Below the pieces are notes generated by a model. That model saw nothing but the letters and a program-made list of their open reading frames with translations, searched no databases and was not told the DNA's origin. This document shows positions 13,726-25,598 of a DNA stretch of 64,000 nucleotides, piece by piece. Position 1 is the first letter of the stretch, and every line of letters begins with the position of its first letter. The stretch comes from Macrostomum hystrix (lineage: Eukaryota > Animalia > Platyhelminthes): positions 8,060,001 through 8,124,000 of the forward strand of contig CATNEN010000025.1 of NCBI GenBank assembly GCA_950097015.1, read 5' to 3'. Position numbers and translations under genes: made by a program.

Positions 13726-14972
13726 AATTTTAACTAACTCTGTTTTGCTTATTCTGTCATAATAGAGAACAAGCACACTTTCTACGAGTGACTGTACGTA
13801 CTTTTGGAGGTCAAACAGCAATGCAGAATTCCCTGTGATTTTTCTTATCTTTCATACCCAACAGTGCATACAAGCATATGGTGCAACTTTAAGACCACAT
13901 TTTAAAACTTGCCCTAAAACGCATTTGCCCGTACTTATAGTAGAAATGTATGAATTGTACAATTATTTTATAGAAGATTGCAATATAGGAAAAACACACT
14001 ATAGAAATTCTTCCTCTTGTGATTTATTATCGCTCCTGCCTCTGCATGCCTTTTTCCCCGTCATTTTCTCACATTTCTACTCGCAGTATAGCAGTTCGTA
14101 TTTTTTCTCTTCTTGTCTTTCCGGCGGTCTCCACCGCCAAAACGAAGCTTCGATCGATACTTTGAACTTTTAGCCAGCCAATCCGCACGCTCCTCTAGCC
14201 CTGACCTTCGTTGCGGTCCAGTTTCCGCTCCCTGCCCAAGTTTGTGGAATTTCACAGAAAACCATACTTATCCTGTATTTTCTTTTAGTCATCTTTCATC
14301 ATTTTCTGAGTCTAAGCAGGACGGCAGCAATACCAGAAAGGAACCTTAAGCAGAGAAGGTCAAAGGAAACATTTTTGAGCAAAAAGTCTGCATTGCAAGA
14401 AAAAGTCATAAAACTGAACATTTCACATTTATATTTATGAGTTTATTCTCTAGATGCTACTTGTCTGTGTGCAGTAGCTTAGATTGCTCACGGCAAGCGA
14501 AATAAAAAACAATCAAAAGCTGTGAAAAAATGAAGCGCATTCACTCACTCGTTTTAAAACGTGCAATTTCTCACAGGTCAAACAGTGCATCTAAAAGACA
14601 AAAACTGCAAGTGATTTTGAAAGGGCAAGAAATGGAAAATTAAAAAATGTGAACAAATATGCGTGAATGCAAAAAAACAAAAATGAGCAACAGTTGAGAA
14701 TCTATGAAAACAATATTGCCAAAAAATCTACCGGCGTTCTTCTAACATACTAAGCCAACCAGACTTGTGATAAAAAATAATTTTACAATATCAGTCCCTA
14801 CGACAGTAAACTTTTAATTGTTAGCAAATTATTAGTAAACGTTCGATAAAGCTCAGAAAAAGTGTTCATTTATTTCTCCGCTGCTTCCTAAAATTATTTT
14901 TTAGTATTCGAAAATTTATCCGGAATTTAGTAGAGTTATTGAATACAACTCATAAAAAAATAATTTACTCAC

Positions 14973-17900
14973 GGACTCTCCTTTTTCCTCGGCAAATCCG
15001 TTCTCTGCAGCCTCTTCAGCTGCTTCGTCCAACTGTTAAATAAATGTATAATTGATTCAGCTCTTGAAGTCATTCTAAAGGCACATCTGCTTCGGCTGCT
15101 GTCAGCTACTGTAGGTGAACAGGCATATCTAACACCATGAGAACAGGCACATCTAACACCATGAGAACAGGCATATCTAACACCATGAGAACAGGCACAT
15201 CTAACACCATGAGAACAGGCATATCTAACACCATGAGAACAGGCATATCTAACACCATGAGAACAGGCATATCTAACACCATGAGAACAGGCATATCTAA
15301 CACCATGAGAACAGGCATATCTAACACCATGATAACTGGAATATCTAACACCATGAGAATAGGCATATCTAACACCATGATAAAAGGCATATCTAACGCC
15401 ATGAGAACAGGCACATCTAGCACCATGAGAACAGGCATATCTAACACCATGAGAACAGGCATATCTAACACCCCGAGAACAGGAATATCTAACACCATGA
15501 GAACAGGCACATCTAACACCATGAGAACAGGCATATCTAACACCATGAGAACAGGCACATCTAACACCATGAGAACAGGCATATCTAACACCATGAGAAC
15601 AGGCATATCTAACACCATGAAAACAGGCATAGAGAGTGAGTGAGAGTGATTGAGAGTGAGTGAGAGTAAGTGAGAGTGAGTGAGAGTGGGTGAGAGTGAG
15701 TGAGAGTGAGTGAGAGTGTGCATGTGAGAGTGAGTGAGAGTGTCTAACACCATGAGAACAGGCATATCTAACACCATGAGAACAGGCACATCTAACACCA
15801 TGAGAACAGGCATATCTAACACCATGAGAACAGGCATATCTAGCACCAGTAGTGATGCACGAACCTTCTCCAACTCCCGCTTGTCGTCGGTCTCATCGCC
15901 GTTAGCCAGACCTCCTGGCCTCGTCTTCCTCGTCTCCCCGACCGCCATTGCGCAGTGCGGCCTCTCGCTCCTCTTTGCGGCGATCCCGCAGCTTCTTCTC
16001 ATTCTCGATGGCGGCAAAGAAGTCCGCCTCGGCCTTGGCCACCAGATCTTCGTGCTCTTCGTCGCGATGATCCTCTTCGTCCTCCTGCGGTTTATAAATA
16101 ACAGATTTATACTGAATATAGTACTGGAAGTAGTGCGAATTGAACATGAAGTGTTTTTTATGACCAATCGCAGTGAAAATATGACGAAATTAATCCTAAA
16201 CTCGATTGATTCTATGTGAATATGCAAAAAAGTAAAAAAAGAAATTTCTCTAAAACGTTTTTGTAATACCGGTGGAGCTGGAGTTTTTGCACTTCGAGTG
16301 CTCAAAGGTGTCTCATTTCCACTGATTATGCTCTGTAAGTTTTTTGGTTTGAAAATGAAGACAAGTAATTCGATCAAATATGAACAGTTCATGTATTTCA
16401 ATTGACACATATTTAATTTTTTATATTCACAGGTTTCTACGAGCTATATTCACAGGTTTTCATATTCACAGACTTTCATATTCACAGCTTTTTTCATTTT
16501 CACCGGTTTCACATTCACAGGTTTTCATATTCACAGGTTTTCATATTCTCAGGTTTTCCTATTCACGGGTTTTCATATTCATAGGTTTCCTTATTCACAG
16601 ATTTTTATATTCACAGATTTTTATATTCACAGATTTTCATATTCACTTGTTTTCATATTCACAGGTTTTCATGTTCTCAGGTTTTCATGTTCTCAGGTTT
16701 TCACTTTCAAAGGTTTTCATATTCACGGGTTTTCATATTCACAGATTTTCACTTTCAAAGTTTTTCATATTCACGGGTTTTCATATTCACAGGTTTCCCT
16801 TATTCACAGATTTTTATATTCACGGGTTTTCACATTCACAGGTTTTCATATTCACAGGTTTTCATGTTCAAAGGTTTTCATATTCTCAGGTTTTCCTATT
16901 CACGGGTTTTCATATTCACAGGTTTTCATATTCACAGGTTTTCATGTTCAAAGGTTTTCATATTCTCAGGTTTTCATATTCTCAGGTTTTCCTATTCACG
17001 GGTTTTCATATTCACAGGTTTTCATATTTACAGGTTTTCATGTTCTCAGGTTTTCCTATTCACGGGTTTTCATATTCACAGATTTTCATATTCACGTGTT
17101 TTCATATTCACAGATTTTCATATTCACGTGTTTTCCACTCACAGCTCCGCCCTTCTTTTCCTTGAGCTTCATCTCGCGATGCCGGGACTCGAGAATCTTC
17201 TCCCGCCGGGTCTCCCTCTCGAAGATGGCGTTAACCAAATTGCGCTCATTCCGATTCGGCGCGTAGAAACCTTCGGACAGTTCAACGATGGTGGCAACTC
17301 CTGATTGGCTGCCGCAGGCCATGAGGCGGCCGTGCTCCTGGAGGCGGAGGCTCTGCAAAGGCTCGTCGCACACCTGGACGGTGAGGGTAGGGTCGTTCTG
17401 CTTGAACAGCAGGTCCCAGACGTCCAGAGTGCCGTCGGTTTTAGCGGTGAAGAACACCCCAGGTCTGGCTGTTGACCAGCAACCGTCTGTCAGGCCGCAC
17501 TGGTGATACTTTGTCCACATGATGGCGTTCTCTTTGATAGTCCTCCGACCAGATTCGGGCGGTCCAGTCTCCGACTGACATGAATACCTGCGATTGTTTT
17601 GTGGAAAAAATACTTATTAGACTGGGATTTTTCTGCGTCAGCGAGTGAAAGTAAACACTTGGAATACGGTATTTGTTACACGTGACTCAATGTGTACCAA
17701 CTAGTACACAGTGTACTAGTGCAGTATATTCCTACAAGTTAGGCACCTTAGGAAACTGCGGATTCCTTTGCAGCGCGTAGACTGGCCCAATAGTGTCCGG
17801 GATAAACTGCCACAATCTTGTCCGCATCAGTTTTGCCCTTCCTATTGCAGGAGAAGATAACGCCCTGTTCGGAGCCGGCCATAAACTTGGTAGGTATGGT

Positions 17901-18877
17901 CGGCTCGTACTCTAGCGAATAGGCGCCGTGGGCGCAGGCCAGGTCCTGCTTCTTGGTCGGATCTAGGCAGAGTCGTTCGATCGGCTCGGACAGTTTGCGA
18001 ATATCCCACCACAGGACCTGCCCGTCTGTGGACACCGAGAAGCATTCGGTGCCAGTTTTGCTCTGATTCCAGATCACCTTCCAGACCGGATCCCGATGCC
18101 CGGTGGCCACCTCGGTAGTCTCAACCGGTTGAGATCCCTTCCGGGAGTCCCAATAAGGCGATTTGACCGTTGTAGCAGCCGCCGACTAGCACGTGCGAAT
18201 CCTTGGGATTGTATTCCAGACAGACCAGAGGTGACACCGGCTTCAGGGCCAACTCCGGCTTATTCGGATTGATCACATCCCACAGGTAAGACTCCGTTGA
18301 GGCGTCCTTCGGTGCCCGCTGGAACTCGGTGTTGCAGTAGGCAATGGCTAGTTTTGTCGGGCCGTCCGGGTACCAGCTGATGTGCGCCACGCCGCGATCC
18401 TTATTGGGGTCGCGGAATACGTTGATGGTCTTGGCGGATGGTGGCTCCTCGGAGGCCTGAATTTCAATGTCGCTAAAGTAGTCCTGGTAGATGTCTATGG
18501 CATTGTTCTGCTTGATGCAGTGCTCCATCTGGTTGCCAAGAGTCTGCACTGTGCTCACGTACATCTCATCTTTTTCAACCTTCTTTCGAAAGCGAATCAC
18601 CTGCTCCACCTCCTGGGGATTCACGTCCTTGGGCCAGCCGCCCTCGGCGTGATTGACGCCGTGCGAGTCTGTCTCGAATCGCTCCGTGTTCACATCGTGC
18701 TCGCTCATCTCCTGGACCACCTGGATGGCCCTGTCAACTGGGTCGCGTTCAACGAACTCCTTCAGGGCATCTGGATTTGGTGCAATATCAACCAGCAATT
18801 CCGATGGTCGATCGCTGAAGATGCATTGGCGACCGAAATCGGACTCGCTTTTTTGTGTACACGTACTGAATCTCCAT
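14973..18877 (-). CDS. DNAI2: Dynein axonemal intermediate chain 2; exons 18877-17747, 17587-17143, 16084-15865, 15032-14973; final exon not fixed
   Basis: [23 protein letters not shown] (restored), [39 protein letters not shown]40 motifs GHRDPVW and [10 protein letters not shown], and [11 protein letters not shown]. Canonical GT-AG introns. About five isolated +1 bases (~18844, 18155, 17789, 17539, ~15915) split the ORF. Confidence 0.95.
15123..15845. repeat. Minisatellite, 24 bp unit (ATCTAACACCATGAGAACAGGCAT), with an internal (GAGT)n tract, in a DNAI2 intron
   Basis: Tandem array lying between DNAI2 exons. Confidence 0.95.
16425..17130. repeat. Minisatellite, 16 bp unit (ATATTCACAGGTTTTC), in a DNAI2 intron
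   Basis: Degenerate tandem array filling most of intron 16085-17142. Confidence 0.93.
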
Positions 18878-21800
18878 GGCAACTGGAGACTACCTGCAAT
18901 TATCGGAGATCAACATCGAGGGCGTAAAAGAACTTTCCCTTTCGCTAAATAGCACTTTATTATTAATCCCTAGTTGCTCTAAAAATGGAAGTCCATGAGC
19001 TTTAAACAGGTGCAATCTTCGAGTTATATAGAGCTTATAATGCGAAATTCGCTTGCCTAGCTAATCCCAATTAAAGTACCTATTTTAGCGTCAGGACTGT
19101 ATTTATTTTCTTAATTTAAATACACTGTATTGTAATTTCTTCTCTTGTTATATACATTTTTTATTATAATTTTTTTATTAAATACATAAAAGCATCATGC
19201 CTTTCAATTCACAACTTTTGTACGAGTAATAATTTTAAGCATGAAATATAAAATCTGCCTGCTATCATAGACTATAAAATAAATCACAATAGTAAAATTA
19301 AAAAATCTCATAAAATTGTTCTAAAGTAAATTTGTAAAATCATGTCATTTTGCATCAGTACTCGTACTATTATGGTGCTAAAAATGTTTTAACACTCAGG
19401 AGACAAAGTCTTGTAACAAGTAATACAAACGCCTGTTAACAAATTCTTGACATATACGTTTTCTTTGGCTTCAATAACTTTATGTTAGAGCTAGACATCT
19501 GTTAAGATAATTAATTTATAAACAATTTTTTTAATTGATATAAAATATAGATGATAAAAAAGACATCATTAGCGGGTTATAAAGAAAATTTTCATGTTTT
19601 ACTTTAGCTACTGCAACATTAGCATTAGTTTTGTACATAATTAGAAACAATTCAGTCTGTAGACAGAATATGCTTTGGCAGAAGTACGTTATTTTTTTGA
19701 CGAAGTAGTAAATAGCTAAAAAAACAAAAGAGTAATATATTTTACTATTTTAATAAGAATTCTGTATTCCAGCATATAAATCCACAAAAAGTTGTTACTT
19801 AATAGGACAAAACCAAAGTTTGAATCCTTTATAATTTCAAAATTTGAAGAGCCAAATGAGATCTGAGCTTTGAAACTGGGGATAACCGATTAAAAAGTCT
19901 AAATTAAAAGAATTAAAATTAAACACAGTGCAGTTGCAGCGCAACCAAAAAAGTTGTACATGTATATCACATTAGTATTGTTTAATACTAATAATGCGCT
20001 TTTTCTATTATCCTAATTAAAAATTGAACAACTTAAGTTCTGAGTACATTTTGAATGCTTTTTGTTTTACTTTTTATAAACGAGCAAATGACGGCCGGTT
20101 GGTAACTCGTGCGTAAAAGCTGAATTACGCAGCCGATCCTTAATAACTCAAGCACCCAAGTGTGGTAATATACACTAATCTGTAATTTTATCTTAACATC
20201 TTAGACATCTTAACGGTGTCTGAAAGCCCATGCAGTAATCTGCATATTTTACTATAACGTTTATTAGAGCAACTAATGGATATTACGTTTTCTTGCGATA
20301 AAATAATGCTATTAATTCACCTGTGACATAAAAACAAAGCTCTTGAATTCGCAGTCCAGTGACAGAGGTAACGCTCTTTGTAACTTTGTAAATTTTCCGT
20401 ACAAATAAAATCCTATTGATTTTTTTATAATTAAAAACCACGCGATGCGCTCAAGGCCGATTTCGATTTTTTTTCAATTCATTTATGTTTTACGTGTTTT
20501 CTTTGGTAAGACTCATTTCTTTATGAATGTTGAATTGGAATATCCGGAAACTTGAAAGCATCATTTTTATGCGCCCACGTAACGAGTCCTCCAATTTCCT
20601 AGGCCAATATCGAATCGCCTTTTCCAGGACACGCGGCAGCAGTCATGCAGCAGCAGACAGCTGTAGGTTAAGCATGCTACAACACGCCAAACTAAGCAGG
20701 CTGGCGGGCGCGGTTTACACAGGCGTCAATCCACAGAATCTTGCAGCCAGTGCGCAGACGCGCGCCGCGGAGGTAGTTTTCGACTTTTCAAAATCCTTGC
20801 CCGAAAAAATGCGCGGAATCGCGCTGCATGCAGCTCTAGACTTTTAGGTAGGGACGCCACAGAGGAATTTACTTTGGAATCAGTTCCCTCACCTTGCCTC
20901 ATTCCCTCCGATACTTGCCCTGCATCCTTTATTTTTCCTCCCAAGGCCTCTCCTCCTTGCCTCTCTTATCCCCTACACTTTCAGCTGTCGCATTCGTTCG
21001 CCGCGGCCTGCATGCAGCAGCTCTAGCTGCGCGCCTCTCCAAATTGGTCTGCGCGGCTAGAGGATGTGGGTTTGGGCAGAAAGCTGACGACTGTGTTAGG
21101 TGGCCAGTAGGGGGGAGGTTGCTGGTCGGGTGGGGACAGGTTACAGCTATAGGGCATGCAGCAGCAGCTGATGATGATGATGTGGCCGCCGCTGCCGCCG
21201 CCGCGGTGTGAAGTGGATTTCAGAGACGGGAGAAAGGGAGAAGGGAGAGAGACAGGGGAAGTAGGAAATCTGGCCAGCGGCCGACAACGCGACCGCCGTT
21301 GCCACCGCTGTAGAAGCCGCCGCTTCGCCGTTTGTGAAGAATTTTTTTAGCTGAATGAGGAGCTAGAGAAAGAAATGGGTAGAGTTTGAGACTTGACTGA
21401 CAGTAAGGATGTACGAGGGAGTTAAGAGGCGCTGCTATACTCGTAGCTATAGAATTATGTCTCTGTGTGTTTCTCTGCTAGAGTTCGATATTGAGTCGGC
21501 AAAGGCAAGACAAAGGCGAGCATCGCTCGTAAAAAAATTTACCGGCAAGTAAGAATTAAATCAAAACGGCAATTTTCTGAAATAAAAAAACTACAAATTT
21601 CTAAGAAGAGAAAAATATCAGTAAATGGGATTTGTTTGAAGTAAAAAATTGCCTACTGATCGTAGACTGTTTGGGCGATAACGTGTATAGAGAAATTTTC
21701 GGAAAACACAAATACTGCAGCTTAAATTCGCATTTCATGGATTTCATTAAAGCTTTTTCGGCATGAGTGGAAAAATTTTAGTCCGGCGCGATTTCTATGC

Positions 21801-22836
21801 GATGTGATTTTGTTTGGCAGATTGGGCTATAAGAGGCCGATGCTCAGCTTGTCTATGGCCTCTGCTCTAATTCTCGATCCTCATCACCGAAGCTCCGCTG
21901 AGGCTGTTCAGGTGGAAGCGCATCTGGCAGGCAGGAGTCTGGGCCGCCCTCTCTCTCTCTCGCTCGCTCGATTGCGCAATCAGACCCTCCCCCAACTTCG
22001 GACGTCAGCAAATAGCCAGGCATTGCTGTGTTGTTAGACAAAGACTAGGCTCTCATGCTTTTCGCTTCTCCCCCATTTCCGTCGGGTCTGTCGCGGTCAC
22101 GATTCGGAGGCTGATTTCGCATATACAGGAGGTGCGGGAGTCAGGACCGCCGCGACTCGTAACCCAATACTCCGAACCCGCGAGAGGCCTTTGCCGCCGC
22201 TTGCTCTCTTTCTCCTCCTGTTCTCTTCTCATTTCCCTTCGTAACCCGCCCCCGTCACCGCTCGATTCCCATGCACAAGATTTCCCGGGCCATTTCTGCA
22301 CGCTACGACGCAGAGCAGTCCGCGAGAGCCTTCCATAGCTTCTTCTTTCTATATATAAGGCGGCAGAAGCGTATAGGATTTTATCCCCCCTACCAATACC
22401 TGGCGGCCCATTTCAATGCAGTGTTGCGCGAGACAAGTGAACAAAGACCTGCAACGAGAGAGAATGGGCTGTGAAAGAAACATCAACAGGTTCTTGGCAT
22501 TCGGGAAGCAGATGTTCAGACTCGAAAGACCGATTTATACAGGACCACTGTGACCCTGCCTCACGGCCTATAATAATAACAAAGCGCCGGCAAACGCGTT
22601 CAAACAAAAGTAATGACGCAGGTAGGCCGTCATGATCGCATTTGATTTACGAAGATGCAAGGCGCGGCAGAGCTTGTAGCAAAAAATAGATGGCAAAAAT
22701 AGCAACTCTGGGAATTTACCGGCTAACTTTTCAGCGTTAAAAAGAGTCTATAACTAACAACATTACTTTCATATAGTTTTGATTTCTTAAATACAAAATT
22801 CCAGCCAGTTATAACACAAGACTCCACAAAAGAGTA

Positions 22837-24905
22837 GAGACAAGATTCCACTCAGGAAAGAGACAAGATTCCACTCAGGAAAGAGACAAGATTCCACTCA
22901 GGAAAGAGACAAGATTCCACTCAGGCAAGAGACAGGATTCCACTCAGGCAAGAGACAGGATTCCACTCAGGCAAGAGACAGGATTCCACTCAGGTAAGAG
23001 ACAAGATTCCACTCAGGTAAGAGACAAGATTCCACTCAGGCAAGAGACAAGATTGCACTCAGGCAAGAGACAAGATTCCACTCAGGTAAGAGACAAGATT
23101 CCACTCAGGTGAGACAAGATTCCACTCAGGTAAGAGACAAGATTCCACTCAGGTAAGAGACAGGATTCCACTCAGGTAAGAGACAAGATTCCACTCAGGC
23201 AAGAGACAAGATTCCACTCAGGAAAGAGACAAGATTCCACTCAGGTAAGAGACAAGATTCCACTCAGGCAAGAGACAAGAATCCACTCAGGCAAGAGACA
23301 AGATTCCACTCAGGTAAAAGACAAGATTCAACTCAAGCAAGAGACCAGATTCCACTCAGGTAAGAGACAGGATTCCACTCAGGCAAGAGACAAGAATCCA
23401 CTCAGGTAAGAGACCAGATTCCACTCAGGTAAGAGACAAGATTCCACTCAGGTAAGAGACAAGATTCCACTCAGGCAAGAGACCAGATTCCACTCAGGCA
23501 AGAAACAAGATTCCACTCAGGTAAGAGACAAGATTCCACTCAGGTAAGAGACAAGATTTCACTCAGGCAAAAGACAAGATTCCATTCAGGCAAGAGACAA
23601 GAATCCACTCAGGTAAGAGACAGGATTCCACTCAGGTAAGAGACAAGATTCCACTCAGGCAAGAGACAAGATTCCACTCAGGTAAGAGACAAGATTCCAC
23701 TCAGGTGAGAAACAAGATTCCACTCAGGTAAGAGACAAGATTCCACTCAGGTAAGAGACAGGATTCCACTCAGGTAAGAGACAAGATTCCACTCAGGCAA
23801 GAGACAAGATTCCACTCAGGTAAGAGACAAGATTCCACTCAGGTAAGAGACAAGATTCCACTCAGGCAAGAGACAAGAATCCACTCAGGCAAGAGACAAG
23901 ATTCCACTCAGGCAAGAGACAAGAATCCACTCAGGCAAGAGACAAGATTCCACTCAGGTAAGAGACAAGATTCCACTCAGGTAAGAGACAAGATTCCACT
24001 CAGGCAAGAGACAAGATTCCACTCAGGCAAAAGACAAGATTCCATTCATGTAAGAGACAAAATTCCACTCAGGCAAGAGACCAGATTCCACTCAGGTAAG
24101 AGACAAGATTCCACTCAAGAAAGAGACCAGATTCCACTCAGGTAAGAGACAAGATTCCACTCAAGCAAGAGACCAGATTCCACTCAGGTAAGAGACCAGA
24201 TTCCACTCAGGTAAGAGACCAGATTCCACTCAGGTAAGAGACAAGATTCCACTCAGGTAAAAGACAAGATTCAACTCAAGCAAGAGACCAGATTCCACTC
24301 AGGTAAGAGACAGGATTCCACTCAGGCAAGAGACAAGAATCCACTCAGGTAAGAGACCAGATTCCACTCAGGTAAGAGACAAGATTCCACTCAGGCAAGA
24401 GACAGGATTCCACTCAGGCAAGAGACAGGATTCCACTCAGGCAAGAGACATGATTGCACTCAGGTAAGAGACAAGATTCCACTCAGGTAAGAGACAAGAT
24501 TCCACTCAGGCAAGAGACAAGATTCAACTCAGGCAAGAGACAGGATTCCACTCAGGCAAGAGACAAGATTCCACTCAGGCAAGAGACAAGATTCAACTCA
24601 GGCAAGAGACAGGATTGCACTCAGGTAAGAGACAAGATTCCACTCAGGCAAGAGACAAGAATCCACTCAGGTAAGAGACAAGATTCCACTCAGGCAAGAG
24701 ACAAGAATCCACTCAGGTAAGAGACAAGATTCCACTCAGGTAAGAGACAAGATTGCACTCAGGCAAGAGACAGGATTCCACTCAGGTAAGAGACAAGATT
24801 CCACTCAGGTAAGAGACAGGATTCCACTCAAGCAAGAGACCAGATTCCACTCAGGCAAGAGACAAGAATCCACTCAAGCAAGAGACAAGATTCCACTCAG
24901 GTAAG
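22837..24905. repeat. Minisatellite, 23 bp unit (GAGACAAGATTCCACTCAGG[T/C/A]AA), roughly 90 copies
   Basis: Directly visible ~2.07 kb tandem array. Confidence 0.97.
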
Positions 24906-25598
24906 ATTCAAAACAGCATGTTCTGCCTGTAATCCAGTAGTTATTTTATTTTCCACTTTGCAATCAACAGATGTTATTTTCACGAAGGTTGAAGCGAGTC
25001 AATTTAAGAGTTCAAAGCAATTTTTCAATAGTCAACAGCTATACAACAATGCAAATCCAAATTCGGATTGGATAAGGCATGAATTTTCTAAGAACACATT
25101 TCGAAATACGCGACAGCAAAATACCGGGTTAGTTGCTGAACAACGGACGTAGGTCAGGAAAGAAAGGATTAAAGACAGCAAAAAACAGCAGAGCAAATGG
25201 AATCCAATATGGATGTTCTGCGAAGACAAATACAGTTCAAACACTAAAGCTACAAGTTCATTATAAATGCTTGCAAACTGCAATATATAGATACTATATT
25301 ATTAACATTATTGGTGATGTTTGGGGTAGGTGGTGTAGTTGTAGTAAAAGTGCTCATTATGATAATATTATAGTATAGGATAGAATGGACATTACTAAAA
25401 GAGTAGAAATTGTCTAACTGATAATAAACTTTTAGTAGAAAAAATTTACACAGTAAAGTCACACTAGATAATTACAGGAATTTTGACGAACTAAATCTAC
25501 AGATATTTACAGACAGGTTTTAATGTCCTAATAACTGTGTACATCTCGAGCAGTGGTAGAAATCAGTGCCTCCGAGTCTCAGGAAATAGGCCAATCAA

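Noticed and set aside
14061-14255. Candidate final exon of DNAI2
   Set aside because: An AG and an open frame exist, but there is no recognisable similarity to anchor it.
4538-17304. Repeat-derived ORFs at 4538-5542, 8115-9020, 15106-16410 and 16380-17304
   Set aside because: They follow minisatellite periodicity; several lie in introns of mGluR or DNAI2.
22837-24905. CRISPR-like regular repeats (also the 30, 57 and 66 bp arrays)
   Set aside because: These are head-to-tail repeats with no unique spacers and no cas genes, in a eukaryotic context.
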